The translations under genes were made by a program, and so were the position numbers. DNA of 64,000 nt from an uncultured delta proteobacterium (lineage in GTDB: Bacteria > Desulfobacterota > Binatia > Binatales > Binataceae). Where the stretch lies: contig CAVQEQ010000003.1 of assembly GCA_963711565.1 (NCBI GenBank), forward strand, positions 96,001 to 160,000. The letters run 5' to 3'. This document shows, piece after piece, positions 1-9,617 of the stretch; within the stretch, counting starts at the first letter, position 1, and each line of letters begins with the position of its first letter. The notes beneath the pieces were generated by a model, which saw only the letters and a list, made by a program, of their open reading frames with translations, had not been told where the DNA came from and searched no databases.

Positions 1-55
1 AGGAAGCGGGCCTCCCCAAAGCCTTCTAGTCGCGCACAGGTCGCGACTCCTTCGA

Positions 56-850
56 TCAAGCCTTCGTCGCCTTGATCGAGAAGATCGTCGGAATCGGGTC
101 GCCTTCGATATGCCACAGCCCGTCGCTGCTCTGCTTCATGAATGGAAAATGCGGGTAGCTGCACTCCGCGAATTCGTGCAGGAACTCGATTCTTAGCCCC
201 GTCGCCGCCAGCGCACTAACAACGTCGCCGATCCGATACATCCATTCGTGTGTCTCGGAAACTATCTTGCTGTGATCCGAGTAGTCAGGCCCCGGCGGAT
301 CCTCGCGCATCGCCGTATGGAAGTACGAAATCTCGAACTCGAGCTTGGTCGTCCCCGCGCGATTCGCGCTCATCTGGGTGAGCGGATGAAACTCCGCGAT
401 GTAGAAGAAGCCGCCCGGTTTGACGAAGCTTGCGGCGACTTGCGCCCATCGCGTGATATCGGGCAGCCAGCACAGCGCGCCGTACAACGTGAAGACGATG
501 TCGAATTGCTCGCGCAGGACGTTAGGAGCGTCGTAAATGTTCGACTGCACGAATCGCGCAGGAATTTTCAGCTCCGCGCTGATCGAGCGCGCCAGCGCGA
601 TCGCCTTATCGGAAAAGTCCACGCCGGTTACGTTCGCGCCCAGCCGTGCCCACGACATCGTGTCGAGTCCGAAGTGGCACTGCATGTGCAACAGCGACTT
701 GCCGCGAACGTCGCCGACCTCGCGCAGCTCGATCGGCTTGAGCACGTTCTCCCCCGCCTTAAACTCCGCCAGCAGATACTCCGGCGACGCCGCGTGATAC
801 CCGGTCATCAGGTTCCACGCGTCGAGATTGACTTTCAGCCGCTCGTCCAT
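56..850 (-). CDS. class I SAM-dependent methyltransferase
   Basis: LLHMQCHFGLDT motif I variant, VTGVDFS, FDIVFT, VKPGG. Confidence 0.85.
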   Translation of the reverse strand: MDERLKVNLDAWNLMTGYHAASPEYLLAEFKAGENVLKPIELREVGDVRGKSLLHMQCHFGLDTMSWARLGANVTGVDFSDKAIALARSISAELKIPARFVQSNIYDAPNVLREQFDIVFTLYGALCWLPDITRWAQVAASFVKPGGFFYIAEFHPLTQMSANRAGTTKLEFEISYFHTAMREDPPGPDYSDHSKIVSETHEWMYRIGDVVSALAATGLRIEFLHEFAECSYPHFPFMKQSSDGLWHIEGDPIPTIFSIKATKA

Positions 851-860
851 CGCAGCGGCT

Positions 861-1021
861 CTAGCAGGCTGTTGAAAAAGTAATTTTCAACGCCTGCTCC
901 CTCTCTCTTGTCTCCCCCAAAGGGGGAGATGTTGTAGGTAGGAAGACAACTGCTACGCAGAGTGTTGAAGCGCTTGAAATCAAATCCACGAGTTGCATCG
1001 AGTTCTTCAACACCCTGCTAG
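861..1021. mobile_element. MITE-like element with IS5/IS1182-type ends, flanked by CTAG
   Basis: Left end CTAGCAGGCTGTTGAAAAA; right end reverse-complements to CTAGCAGGGTGTTGAAGAA; internal hairpin TCTCCCCC-AAA-GGGGGAGA at 911-929; no coding capacity. Confidence 0.75.
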
Positions 1022-1437
1022 GGGCGCTCCTGGCTGTAATCCCACGAGACCGTGTGTGCGGGCTTGAAGCTTACCACCACGACCTTGTTGCCCTTGAGCG
1101 ACTTCGCGTAGGCCTTGCCGAGCTTCTTTCCCAGGTACTCGATCGCCATCCGCTCGGTGCGCTTGTCGTCAACTTTTTCCTCGAGCGTGACGCGTCCCTT
1201 CAGCACCACCGTCTTGTACGGCGCCTTCTTGGTATCGACCACCAGCGTGACGCGCGGGTCGCGCACCAGGCACTTGTATTTAAACGCCTCGGCCGCCGTG
1301 TGGAACACGATCTGGCCGTCGGCATACTCGTACCAGGTCGGCACTGCGTGCGGCGCGCCGTCGGGCGCGGTGACGGCGACGACCGCGACGATCGGCTTCT
1401 TGAGCAGCTTCTCGATATCTTTTTTCTTCATCGGCAT
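1018..1437 (-). CDS. PPOX-class (pyridoxamine 5'-phosphate oxidase-like, probably F420-binding) protein
   Basis: VAVTAPDGAPHAVPTWY, K...RDPRVTLVVD split-barrel pattern. Confidence 0.8.
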   Translation of the reverse strand: MPMKKKDIEKLLKKPIVAVVAVTAPDGAPHAVPTWYEYADGQIVFHTAAEAFKYKCLVRDPRVTLVVDTKKAPYKTVVLKGRVTLEEKVDDKRTERMAIEYLGKKLGKAYAKSLKGNKVVVVSFKPAHTVSWDYSQERP

Positions 1438-1471
1438 GGGGACGACGGCTCCTGTGGCGGGTGTGGCAAGA

Positions 1472-2272
1472 TCACTTGCCCTTGAAATTCGGTTTTTGTT
1501 TTTCGCGGAACGCGCGGATACCTTCGCGCACGTCCTCGGAAGGATTGGTGATCATCACGTTGAGCGCGGCGTCCTCGAGCGCATTCTCGAGCGTCATCTC
1601 GCGCTGCTTGTACATCATGCGCTTGGCCAGCCTGATTGCCAGGGGCGGTCCGTCCGCGAGCCGCCGCGCGAAGTCGTTCGTGCGCGCTTCGAGCTCCGCA
1701 TGCGGCACCACTTCGGTCACCAGCCCGAGTTCGAGCGCCGTCTTCGCATCATAGACTTCCGACAGCAGCGTCATCTTGAGCGCGCGATCCAGTCCCATGA
1801 AGCGCGGGAACAGGTACGCTCCCCCTTCGTCGCAGAGCAGCGCGAACTTAAGGGCAGTGTCTCCCAGCCGAGCCTGATCCGACGCAATTCTGAAATCGCA
1901 CGAGAGCGCCAGCGTGAGACCGCCCGCGACCGCCGCGCCGTTAATCGCCGCGATGACAGGCTTGTCGAACCGATGCAACGAAATCACGAGCTGATGGAAC
2001 CCTTCGCGCATTTCGAGCATGTGGCCCATCGGATGCCCATGGAACCGCGAGCGGCTCTCGGGCGCGCCGCTGATATCGCCGCCGGCGCAGAACGCACGTC
2101 CGCTGCCCGTGACGATCAGCACGCGCACGTCGTCGGCCTGCCGCGCGAGATCGATCGCCGCACACATCTCCTTGACCATCGTGTCGTTGTAGCCGTTCAT
2201 CCGCTCGGCGCGGTTGATGGTGATTTTCGCGATACCATCGCGCGAACCGTAGATGATTGTCTTGAAGTCCAT
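1472..2272 (-). CDS. enoyl-CoA hydratase/isomerase (PaaG-like)
   Basis: ITINRAERMN, RAFCAGGD, KPVIAAINGAAVAGG, DEGG, EGIRAFREKQKPNFKG. Confidence 0.9.
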   Translation of the reverse strand: MDFKTIIYGSRDGIAKITINRAERMNGYNDTMVKEMCAAIDLARQADDVRVLIVTGSGRAFCAGGDISGAPESRSRFHGHPMGHMLEMREGFHQLVISLHRFDKPVIAAINGAAVAGGLTLALSCDFRIASDQARLGDTALKFALLCDEGGAYLFPRFMGLDRALKMTLLSEVYDAKTALELGLVTEVVPHAELEARTNDFARRLADGPPLAIRLAKRMMYKQREMTLENALEDAALNVMITNPSEDVREGIRAFREKQKPNFKGK

Positions 2273-2297
2273 CGTCAGTGACCTCTTTTTTTTCTTG

Positions 2298-2441
2298 TGT
2301 CATTCAGAGCGAAGGCTGCCGTAGCGAAGAATCCCGGATCCGGTTCCTTCGCTTCGCTCCCGATGACAGAGAGACTAAAGCTCGACTCGTCCCCGCCCGA
2401 TTGTTCCCCTTCCCTCGAGGGAAGGGGTTAGCGGTTAGGTT
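2298..2441. repeat. compound REP-like palindromic elements
   Basis: TGTCATTCAGAGCGAAG...CTTCGCTCCCGATGACA hairpin (2298-2368), then CCCCTTCCC-TCGA-GGGAAGGGG (2406-2427); the first unit recurs at 34326. Confidence 0.75.
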
Positions 2442-2451
2442 GCAGAGACCC

Positions 2452-3261
2452 TTATCTCCCCTTAAACGTCGGCGCCCTCTTCTCCAAAAACGCCTTCACC
2501 GCCTCGCGATGGTCCTCGGTGCGGCCGGTCATCGTCTGGCCCCACGCCTCGCGATCGAGCAGCTCGTTGAATTCGTGATTCAGCGACGCGTTCAGATTCG
2601 CCTTCATGTACGAGTACGCAATCGTCGGACCGTTCGCGATCCTCGACGCGATGGCATGCACTTCGTCGCGGAACGACGCAGCGGGCACGACCCGATTTGC
2701 GAGACCAATGCGCAGCGCCTCGTCGGCGCCGATTACGTCGGCCAGGAAATACAGCTCGCGCGCCTTGGCCGATCCCACCAGATGGGTCAGCGACCAGGTG
2801 CCGCCGTAGTCGCCCGAGAAGCCGACCTTGGCGAACGCGGTGCCGAAGCGCGCCGCGTCGGATGCGATCCTGATATCGCACGCCATCGCCAGGCTCAGGC
2901 CGGCGCTGGCGGCCGGGCCATTCACCGCCGCGATCGTCACCTTCGCCATCTCGTGCAGCAGAAACGACGCTTCTTCGCCGCGACGCAGTCCCGCGACGCG
3001 ATCCTCAAGCGTCTGCGTCGCACCTTCACCGGCGCCTCCGCCCTCGTTGCGCGCGCGCATCCCGCCGATATCTCCGCCCGAGCAGAATCCGCGCCCCGCT
3101 CCCGTCAGCACGACGGCGCCGATTTCGGGATTGGTCGCGGCGCGCGACAGGTTGTCCACCAGCCCGCCCATCATCTCGGCGCTCATCGCATTGAGCTTGT
3201 CGGGCCGATTCAGCGTCAGGTACAGCACGCGGTCTTTAACTTCGGTCAGCAGGTCTGCCAT
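2452..3261 (-). CDS. enoyl-CoA hydratase/isomerase (PaaG-like), paralog of 1472-2272
   Basis: LTLNRPDKLNA, RGFCSGGD, DYGG, EAVKAFLEKRAPTFKG. Confidence 0.9.
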   Translation of the reverse strand: MADLLTEVKDRVLYLTLNRPDKLNAMSAEMMGGLVDNLSRAATNPEIGAVVLTGAGRGFCSGGDIGGMRARNEGGGAGEGATQTLEDRVAGLRRGEEASFLLHEMAKVTIAAVNGPAASAGLSLAMACDIRIASDAARFGTAFAKVGFSGDYGGTWSLTHLVGSAKARELYFLADVIGADEALRIGLANRVVPAASFRDEVHAIASRIANGPTIAYSYMKANLNASLNHEFNELLDREAWGQTMTGRTEDHREAVKAFLEKRAPTFKGR

Positions 3262-3296
3262 TTTGGGCCTCCAAAATTCCGGGTTCGACTCTGGTA

Positions 3297-4163
3297 CTAC
3301 TTCACGTCCGCTATTCTGTCGAGTGCCGCCGCGACCGCCTGTGTGCCGTCCAGGTCATGGCCGAGGGCGGCCGACGCATTGAACATCGAGGCCATCAGCG
3401 AAAGTCCCGGCAGCGCGAGCCTCGATTCGCGGGCGGCTTCGACCACCAGCCGCAGGTCTTTGCGAATAAGCTTGACGAAAAACCCCGGCCGATAATCGCC
3501 GGCTATAATTTTGGGGCCGAGATTCGACAACTGCCACGATCCAGCCGCGCCGGCGCCGATAGCCTCGATCACTCGCGACGCGTCGAGCCCGCCGGCCTTG
3601 GCAAACTTGATCGCCTCAGCCGCCGCTTCGAGATTGACCGCGACTGCGATCTGATTGGCGAGCTTGGTCATCTGGCCCGCGCCCGACGCGCCCATGTGAG
3701 TGACCCTTTTTCCCATCAGTTCGAACAGCGGCCGCGCCCGCTCGAACGCGGACGCATCTCCGCCAACCATGATCGCGAGCGTACCCTCGCGAGCGCCGAT
3801 GTCGCCGCCCGACACCGGCGCATCGAGATAGTTGACGCCGGCCGCCTTCAACCGTGCGGCGACCCCGCGCTCGGCGACCGGCGCTATCGTGCTCATGTCG
3901 ATCACGAGTTGTCCCGCCTTGAGCGCGGGCTCGATCTTGGCGACGGTCGCCTCAACGTCAGGCGTGTCGGGCACCATGATGAAGACGACGTCCGCGCCCG
4001 CGATGCAGGCGACGGCGTCCGCGGCAAAAGTCGCGCCGTCGGCAACCATCACGCGCGCCTTCTCGGGCGAGCGATTGAAGACGCGCACGCGATGCCCCCC
4101 GCCGATCAGCCGCCGCGCCATCGGCGCGCCCATTATTCCCGTTCCAATCCATCCGATTTCCAT
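3297..4163 (-). CDS. NAD(P)-dependent 3-hydroxyisobutyrate / 2-hydroxy-3-oxopropionate reductase family
   Basis: IGWIGTGIMG, DAPVSGG, GAGQMTKLANQ, KDL. Confidence 0.9.
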   Translation of the reverse strand: MEIGWIGTGIMGAPMARRLIGGGHRVRVFNRSPEKARVMVADGATFAADAVACIAGADVVFIMVPDTPDVEATVAKIEPALKAGQLVIDMSTIAPVAERGVAARLKAAGVNYLDAPVSGGDIGAREGTLAIMVGGDASAFERARPLFELMGKRVTHMGASGAGQMTKLANQIAVAVNLEAAAEAIKFAKAGGLDASRVIEAIGAGAAGSWQLSNLGPKIIAGDYRPGFFVKLIRKDLRLVVEAARESRLALPGLSLMASMFNASAALGHDLDGTQAVAAALDRIADVK

Positions 4164-4466
4164 AAGTCCCTCCCAGCGCCTAAATGATATGAGACTTCTA
4201 TTTTCTTATCACTGGGTGCAGGCGTCACCCGGGGTCACCCCCCGCGACGGTGTCGATGCCGAAGGAAGCGTGAAACCCACCGCGGGTTTCACTAAAATCA
4301 AATTCCCATGACGCTCGAACTCGCGCGCAACTCGATCGAATCGGGCAAAAGTGCCCGAAATCCAGTTTTATTGGTTCTGTCAGTAACAATAATGTTGACA
4401 GTTTGTTATCATAGTGTGGTCAGACAGTCAGCTTCGCGCTAAGACACGTTTGGGAGAAACGGGAAA

Positions 4467-4649
4467 CTGCTACGAATCAGACATAGCGCCGCCGCACTCT
4501 GCTACGGCTTTGCGTGGCTCTCGATGGTCGCGCTGATTGCGATGATCACGATCGCCGAAGCACTTCAGGGCGACTCCGCGGTCGACGCCGACTCCTACGA
4601 CGCCGATACCTTCGAGCATCTGAATATAGCCCGCCGAATACCCCGCTAA
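4467..4649 (+). CDS. putative 60-aa single-TM protein with CTG start (not in ORF track)
   Basis: Open frame LLRIRHSAAALCYGFAWLSMVALIAMITIAEALQGDSAVDADSYDADTFEHLNIARRIPR; GGGAG upstream; stop overlaps the convergent AKR stop. Confidence 0.5.
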   Translation: MLRIRHSAAALCYGFAWLSMVALIAMITIAEALQGDSAVDADSYDADTFEHLNIARRIPR

Positions 4650-5578
4650 CGCTGTCCAATCCAATCGGAAGGCGCGACCGAACGCCATCGCGCGCGAATC
4701 GCTTCATACTCCGCGGGCGGCAACGGGCCTGCGCTCGCGTGCGCGATATTCTGCGCGATTCGTTCTGGCCGCGTGGTGCCGACGATCGCGGTGGTCACGC
4801 CTGCCGTGCCCAGCGTGAATCGCAGCGCGACCGCGACCGCGTCCTCGACGCCGCGATGGAGAAAATCGTAGTCGAGCTTCCGCAGTCGATCCCAATATGG
4901 CCGAGTGTACCAGTCGCTCGGAGGCTGTTTGCCGTGACGCCAGGCCGCGTTGGCGATCGGCCGCTTGACGATCACGCCCATACCGCCCGCGGCCGTCTTG
5001 GGCAGTACGCGATCGATTGCTTCCTGGTCCGCGATGCTCACGGAGATCTGCAGAGTGTCGAACGCGCCGGTTTCGACCGCGTACACGGCGTCGTCGGAAT
5101 CGACGCTGCATCCGACGAAGCGCGCCTGTCCGCGTTCGCGCGCTTTGTGCAGGACCTCGATCACGCGGCCATCCTTCAGAGTCGCGAGCGGAGGGCTGTG
5201 AAACTGCATCACGTCAACGTGGTCGGTGCGCAGATTTTTGAGACTGCGTTCGATACTCCGCGCTAGCATCGCGGGGTCCCAATCCGGCTGCGCATAACCG
5301 GCGGCGCGCTCGGACGCGGACCCAAGCGGCGCATGCCCGCATTTCGTCATGAGGACAACCTCGGCGCGCCGTTTTGCGATCGCGTGGCCGATCAGAGCCT
5401 CGCCCTCGGCATAGCACTCAGCGGTATCGATCACGTTGATACCGGCGTCGAGCGCGGTATTCAGAATCTTATCGACGGTCTTCTGCGCGACCGCCTGGTA
5501 GCCGACCTCAGACCCGCCGAATCCAAGAGTGCTCACCCGGAGCCCGGTCTTTCCCAGCACGCGATATTCGATTGCCAT
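4646..5578 (-). CDS. aldo/keto reductase
   Basis: YRVLGKTGLRVSTLGFG, IDTAECY, TKCG, SLKNLRTDHVD. Confidence 0.9.
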   Translation of the reverse strand: MAIEYRVLGKTGLRVSTLGFGGSEVGYQAVAQKTVDKILNTALDAGINVIDTAECYAEGEALIGHAIAKRRAEVVLMTKCGHAPLGSASERAAGYAQPDWDPAMLARSIERSLKNLRTDHVDVMQFHSPPLATLKDGRVIEVLHKARERGQARFVGCSVDSDDAVYAVETGAFDTLQISVSIADQEAIDRVLPKTAAGGMGVIVKRPIANAAWRHGKQPPSDWYTRPYWDRLRKLDYDFLHRGVEDAVAVALRFTLGTAGVTTAIVGTTRPERIAQNIAHASAGPLPPAEYEAIRARWRSVAPSDWIGQR

Positions 5579-5630
5579 AAGTCTGGAAGCCTATGGGGAG
5601 CGAACGAGCGAGGCAAAGATGGTGGAAGCG

Positions 5631-6344
5631 CTAGGCAGAGCGATCGAGCTTGGCGCGCAGGCGCGACGCAAGGTCGGGCGCCGAGGTCTCATGCTTGAAA
5701 TAGACGAAGACTTCGCCAGCGCCCGTAGCGAGGCGATCGAGATTTTTCACCCACACATCCAGGCCAGCATCGTCGTAGGCCTCCTTGCGGAGGCGGACAT
5801 AAACGTGCGGCGCAGTTCGCTCGAGCGGTGACGCGAGTTTCTCGGTTTCCGCGATACATACCGCGGCGCCGCTGTCGGCGAGCGCGGTCATCACCGATTT
5901 GTCGAACCAGCTTTTGTTTCTGAACTCGAAGGCGGCTCGAATCCTGCCTTTCAGAATTGCGAGAAAATCGCGCAACAGCGGGAGATCGAGCTTCAGGTCG
6001 GGCGGTAGCTGGAACAGCGCGGGTGCGAGGCGCTCGCCCATGACAGATGCGCGCTCGATGAATGTTTCGGTGGTCTCTTTGACGTCGCGCAGCTTGGCGA
6101 AATGCGTGATGCGTTGCGGGGCCTTCAGTGCGAAGCGAAAATTCGACGGGGTGCGCGAGGCCCACCCTTCCAGCATTGCGGACTTCGGCATCGCGCGGAA
6201 CGTGTAGTTGATCTCGACGGTCGGCATCCGCTCGGCGTAGTACTCGAGCATTTTGGCGCCGGGGAGTTTCTCGGGATAAAAGCCGCCGAGCCATTCCTTG
6301 TACGAAAAGCCCGACGTGCCAATCAGGATTTTCGCCTTCGCCAT
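5631..6344 (-). CDS. DUF72 domain protein
   Basis: IGTSGFSYKEW, TVEINYTF, FALKAPQRITH, LFQLPP, EFRNKSW; start moved to MAKAK. Confidence 0.9.
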   Translation of the reverse strand: MAKAKILIGTSGFSYKEWLGGFYPEKLPGAKMLEYYAERMPTVEINYTFRAMPKSAMLEGWASRTPSNFRFALKAPQRITHFAKLRDVKETTETFIERASVMGERLAPALFQLPPDLKLDLPLLRDFLAILKGRIRAAFEFRNKSWFDKSVMTALADSGAAVCIAETEKLASPLERTAPHVYVRLRKEAYDDAGLDVWVKNLDRLATGAGEVFVYFKHETSAPDLASRLRAKLDRSA

Positions 6345-6361
6345 CGCAAATGCGCCGGCCG

Positions 6362-8929
6362 TTAGCCCTTGAGCGTTGCCTGCAGATTTTTGCCTTCGCG
6401 TTTGCGGAAGCCCACTGCGACGCTCAGGCGCTCGAGGTGCTGATCGATTATTTTGCCGCCGAGCCGCACGCGATGCTCGCCGAAGAATTTCTTGATCTCG
6501 TCCTCGCGATCGAGCAACGCGACGACGGCCTCGCACATTCGCGGCAGCGCGTTGTCGGGATATTTTTGAATCATCTCTTCCCAATGCGCGCGCGCGAAGT
6601 CCCACGCCTCGTATCGGCACGCGGGGTTGAGCAGCAACGAATGCATCAGGTACGGCGAATTCTGCGTGCGGACCTGCCCGTCGAGCGTCATCTCCATGGT
6701 TTTTTTCAGAAGATCGAGATCACGGAAATTTGCCAGCGCGAACAGGAAGCGTTGCTCTTCCTGCGGCGTGCGCGGCGCTTTGAACTTTTTCTTGAACTCG
6801 TCGTAGCGCGCGTCGTCGCCCGAATAGGCCAGGATATTCACCAGTGCGGGCATCAGGTCGCGATCCGCGGAATTGGGATTGTCCTCGAAGCGCGCATAAA
6901 GTTCTCGCGCACGCCGGTGCACCCCGGGATCGTCGCCCAACGTGCCGAGAACGCCGATGAGAGTGCCGCGTAACTGGCGCACTAGCTCGCTCTCGCCACT
7001 CTTTGGCTCCCAGCCGAGCCGCGCGGCGGCGGGACCGACGATCTCGCGCACAGTGAGTGCGATCGTGGGCCGGTCCGCATCCGACGCGATCATGTCGAGG
7101 TACGCGAACGCGCCGATCAACGCGCGCCACACGTTGATGTCGGTCTCGCTGGTGAACAGACGCGCCATCTTGAGGAACTCGCTCAGCGGGCCAAGTCCGG
7201 CGACAGTCGCCGCCCACGTATCGCTCACCAGACCGAAGCGCTCGATTGGCTGGAGCGCGCTGAGATTTTTCGTGATCGCCTCGAGCAGCGCAGGTGCATA
7301 GTGCACGCGATAAAAACCGTGGCCGCCCTCATTGAGCAGCGCCCATTCGAGCTTGCCAGGCAAATCGACGGTCGTCTCTTTCGCGGTGAGCAGCACCTTA
7401 TGCGTCGAGACGCCCTTGTCGGTCTTTGCACGAACCATCACGGGCACATGCCAAAGCTGGTCGTTGTCCTCGGCGAGATAGAAGAAGCGGCGCTGCGAGA
7501 GCTTGAGTCCGCGCCCGTCGGCGCTCAGCGCCGCGTCGATGATCGGAAAGCCGGGCTGGAAGATCCACGAGTCCATCATCTTGCGCACGGGCTCGTGTGA
7601 CGCCGCCTCGAGCGCGTCCCACAGGTCGCTGGTCTCGGTGTTGTTGAACTGATGCTTCTTTAGATAGAGGCGAATGCCGTCGCGAAAAACGTTAGCGCTC
7701 AGAAACTGCTCGAGCATCCGCAGCACCGCCGCGCCTTTCTCGTACGTCAGGATGTCGAACATCGCGCGGCAGTCTTCGGGACTGCGCACCGTGAATTCGA
7801 TCGGACGCGTGCTGCGCAGGCCATCAATCGACATCGCGGCGGCGCGCGAGACGCTGAAGCTCTCCCATCGCTTCCACTCCGGCTTCCACGCGTCAACCGC
7901 AAGCATCTCCATGAAGGTGGCGAACGCCTCGTTGAGCCAGATGCCGTTCCACCATCGCATGGTGACGAGATCGCCGAACCACATGTGCGCGTTTTCGTGC
8001 GAGACGACGTCGGCGACGCGCTCGAGCTCGGCGCGCGACGCGGATTTTTCGTCGGCGAGCAGCGCGGTCTCGCGAAACGTGATCGCGCCGAGGTTTTCCA
8101 TCGCGCCCGATGCGAAGTCGGGAATCGCGATCAAATCCAGCTTGTCGCCGGGATACTTGAGGCCGTAGTAGTCGGCAAAATACTTGAGCGAGAACGCGCC
8201 AATCTGTTTGGCCCAAATTGTCAGCGACTCCTTGCCGGGAACGTGAACGATACGCAGCGGCGTGCCCGCATCGACCGGCGCGGTCGCGTCGAACTCGCCG
8301 ACGATGAACGCGACCAGGTAGGTGGACATCGCGATCGTCTCCTTGAAGACGACCTCCTTCTTGCCCCCGGCCAGCTTGCGCTCGCTCTCCTGCCCGCCGT
8401 TCGATATGGCGGCGAGGTGCTCATCGACGACCAGCGTCACCCTGTAACTCGCCTTTAGCTCCGGCTCGTCCCAGCATGGAAACGCGCGGCGCGCGTCGGT
8501 GGATTCGAACTGCGTCGTCGCGGCGACGTGAGTCTTGCCGGAAGCGTCCTGGTACTGGCTGCGATAGAAGCCGTGCAGCTTGTCGTTCAGGATTCCGCGA
8601 AACGCAATCTTCAGCGTCCATTCGCCCGGCGAAAGTTTCTCGGCGAACCGAAGATGCGCGCGTTCCTTGGCCGTCTCCAGCTCAGCCTTTGCGGCGACGG
8701 ATTTGCCGGCGCGTTCAGCCGTCACCTTGTCGATCTCGAGCTCGAGCGCGTTGAGCACGACGGCGTCGGTCGCATCGTTGACGACGACCGCGATATTCAC
8801 ATCGCCCTGAAAGGTGAAGGCCTTGAGATCGGGCGTCAGCCGAATGTCGTAGCGCTTGGGCGTGACGTTTTTCGGCAGGCGATAATCCTGCGTGGTGTCA
8901 GCGAGTGGAGCTCCATCCTGGTCGCGCAT
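6362..8929 (-). CDS. pepN: M1 family aminopeptidase (puromycin-sensitive/ERAP1-like)
   Basis: GAMEN motif, HENAH-x18-E zinc motif, YEKG; start uncertain. Confidence 0.9.
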   Translation of the reverse strand: MRDQDGAPLADTTQDYRLPKNVTPKRYDIRLTPDLKAFTFQGDVNIAVVVNDATDAVVLNALELEIDKVTAERAGKSVAAKAELETAKERAHLRFAEKLSPGEWTLKIAFRGILNDKLHGFYRSQYQDASGKTHVAATTQFESTDARRAFPCWDEPELKASYRVTLVVDEHLAAISNGGQESERKLAGGKKEVVFKETIAMSTYLVAFIVGEFDATAPVDAGTPLRIVHVPGKESLTIWAKQIGAFSLKYFADYYGLKYPGDKLDLIAIPDFASGAMENLGAITFRETALLADEKSASRAELERVADVVSHENAHMWFGDLVTMRWWNGIWLNEAFATFMEMLAVDAWKPEWKRWESFSVSRAAAMSIDGLRSTRPIEFTVRSPEDCRAMFDILTYEKGAAVLRMLEQFLSANVFRDGIRLYLKKHQFNNTETSDLWDALEAASHEPVRKMMDSWIFQPGFPIIDAALSADGRGLKLSQRRFFYLAEDNDQLWHVPVMVRAKTDKGVSTHKVLLTAKETTVDLPGKLEWALLNEGGHGFYRVHYAPALLEAITKNLSALQPIERFGLVSDTWAATVAGLGPLSEFLKMARLFTSETDINVWRALIGAFAYLDMIASDADRPTIALTVREIVGPAAARLGWEPKSGESELVRQLRGTLIGVLGTLGDDPGVHRRARELYARFEDNPNSADRDLMPALVNILAYSGDDARYDEFKKKFKAPRTPQEEQRFLFALANFRDLDLLKKTMEMTLDGQVRTQNSPYLMHSLLLNPACRYEAWDFARAHWEEMIQKYPDNALPRMCEAVVALLDREDEIKKFFGEHRVRLGGKIIDQHLERLSVAVGFRKREGKNLQATLKG

Positions 8930-9038
8930 CTGGTCTCTCTTCCTTATAAATGCGGTCGAGTGTGAAAAATAAAATTGCGCGGGACAGTTATCCCGCATGC
9001 GTTTAGCCTAGTTCAAACCGGGTCTGCGCGCGAGCAAT

Positions 9039-9554
9039 TCATTCGCCGGCGAGGCGCAGCGGCCGCTCCATCCACACGACGTCCCAGTAGCGGTCGAACT
9101 TGCGGCCGCATTCGGTGAAGACGCCTACCTCGGTGAAGCCGAACTTGCGATGCAGCGCGATCGAGGCCTCGTTCGGAAGCGTGATGCCGGCGAGAACGCG
9201 GTTGATGTCCTCGTCTTTAAGCGCGTCGAGCAACACGCGATACATCATCGCGCCGATTCCACGCTCCTTGGCATCATTCGCGCAGTAAATCGACGTTTCG
9301 ACGCTGGTGTCATACGCCGCGCGGTCGCGGAACGGTCCGGTGCCCGCCCAGCCGACGACGAGGCAACCGTCCTCCGCGACGAAGAGCTGATGTCGGCGTC
9401 CGCCGGTATGCTCGTCGAACCATCGCGCACGCTGCTCGACCGTCTGCGGCTCCAGGTCGAACGTGATGGGCGTGTTGATTACATAGTAGTTGTAGATTTC
9501 GGTGAGGCGCGGCAGGTCGTCGCGGGTCGCGGGCCGAATCTTTACGTCCGCCAT
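9039..9554 (-). CDS. GNAT acetyltransferase (phosphinothricin/YncA-like)
   Basis: IYNYYV..T.ITFD, PNEASIALHRKFGF, GRKFDRYWDV. Confidence 0.85.
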   Translation of the reverse strand: MADVKIRPATRDDLPRLTEIYNYYVINTPITFDLEPQTVEQRARWFDEHTGGRRHQLFVAEDGCLVVGWAGTGPFRDRAAYDTSVETSIYCANDAKERGIGAMMYRVLLDALKDEDINRVLAGITLPNEASIALHRKFGFTEVGVFTECGRKFDRYWDVVWMERPLRLAGE

Positions 9555-9617
9555 GAAGGTCGTCTCCAGGTCGCGAAGTTTCGTCGATTCACAGGCAACG
9601 CGAGATTCAAAGTTGAA

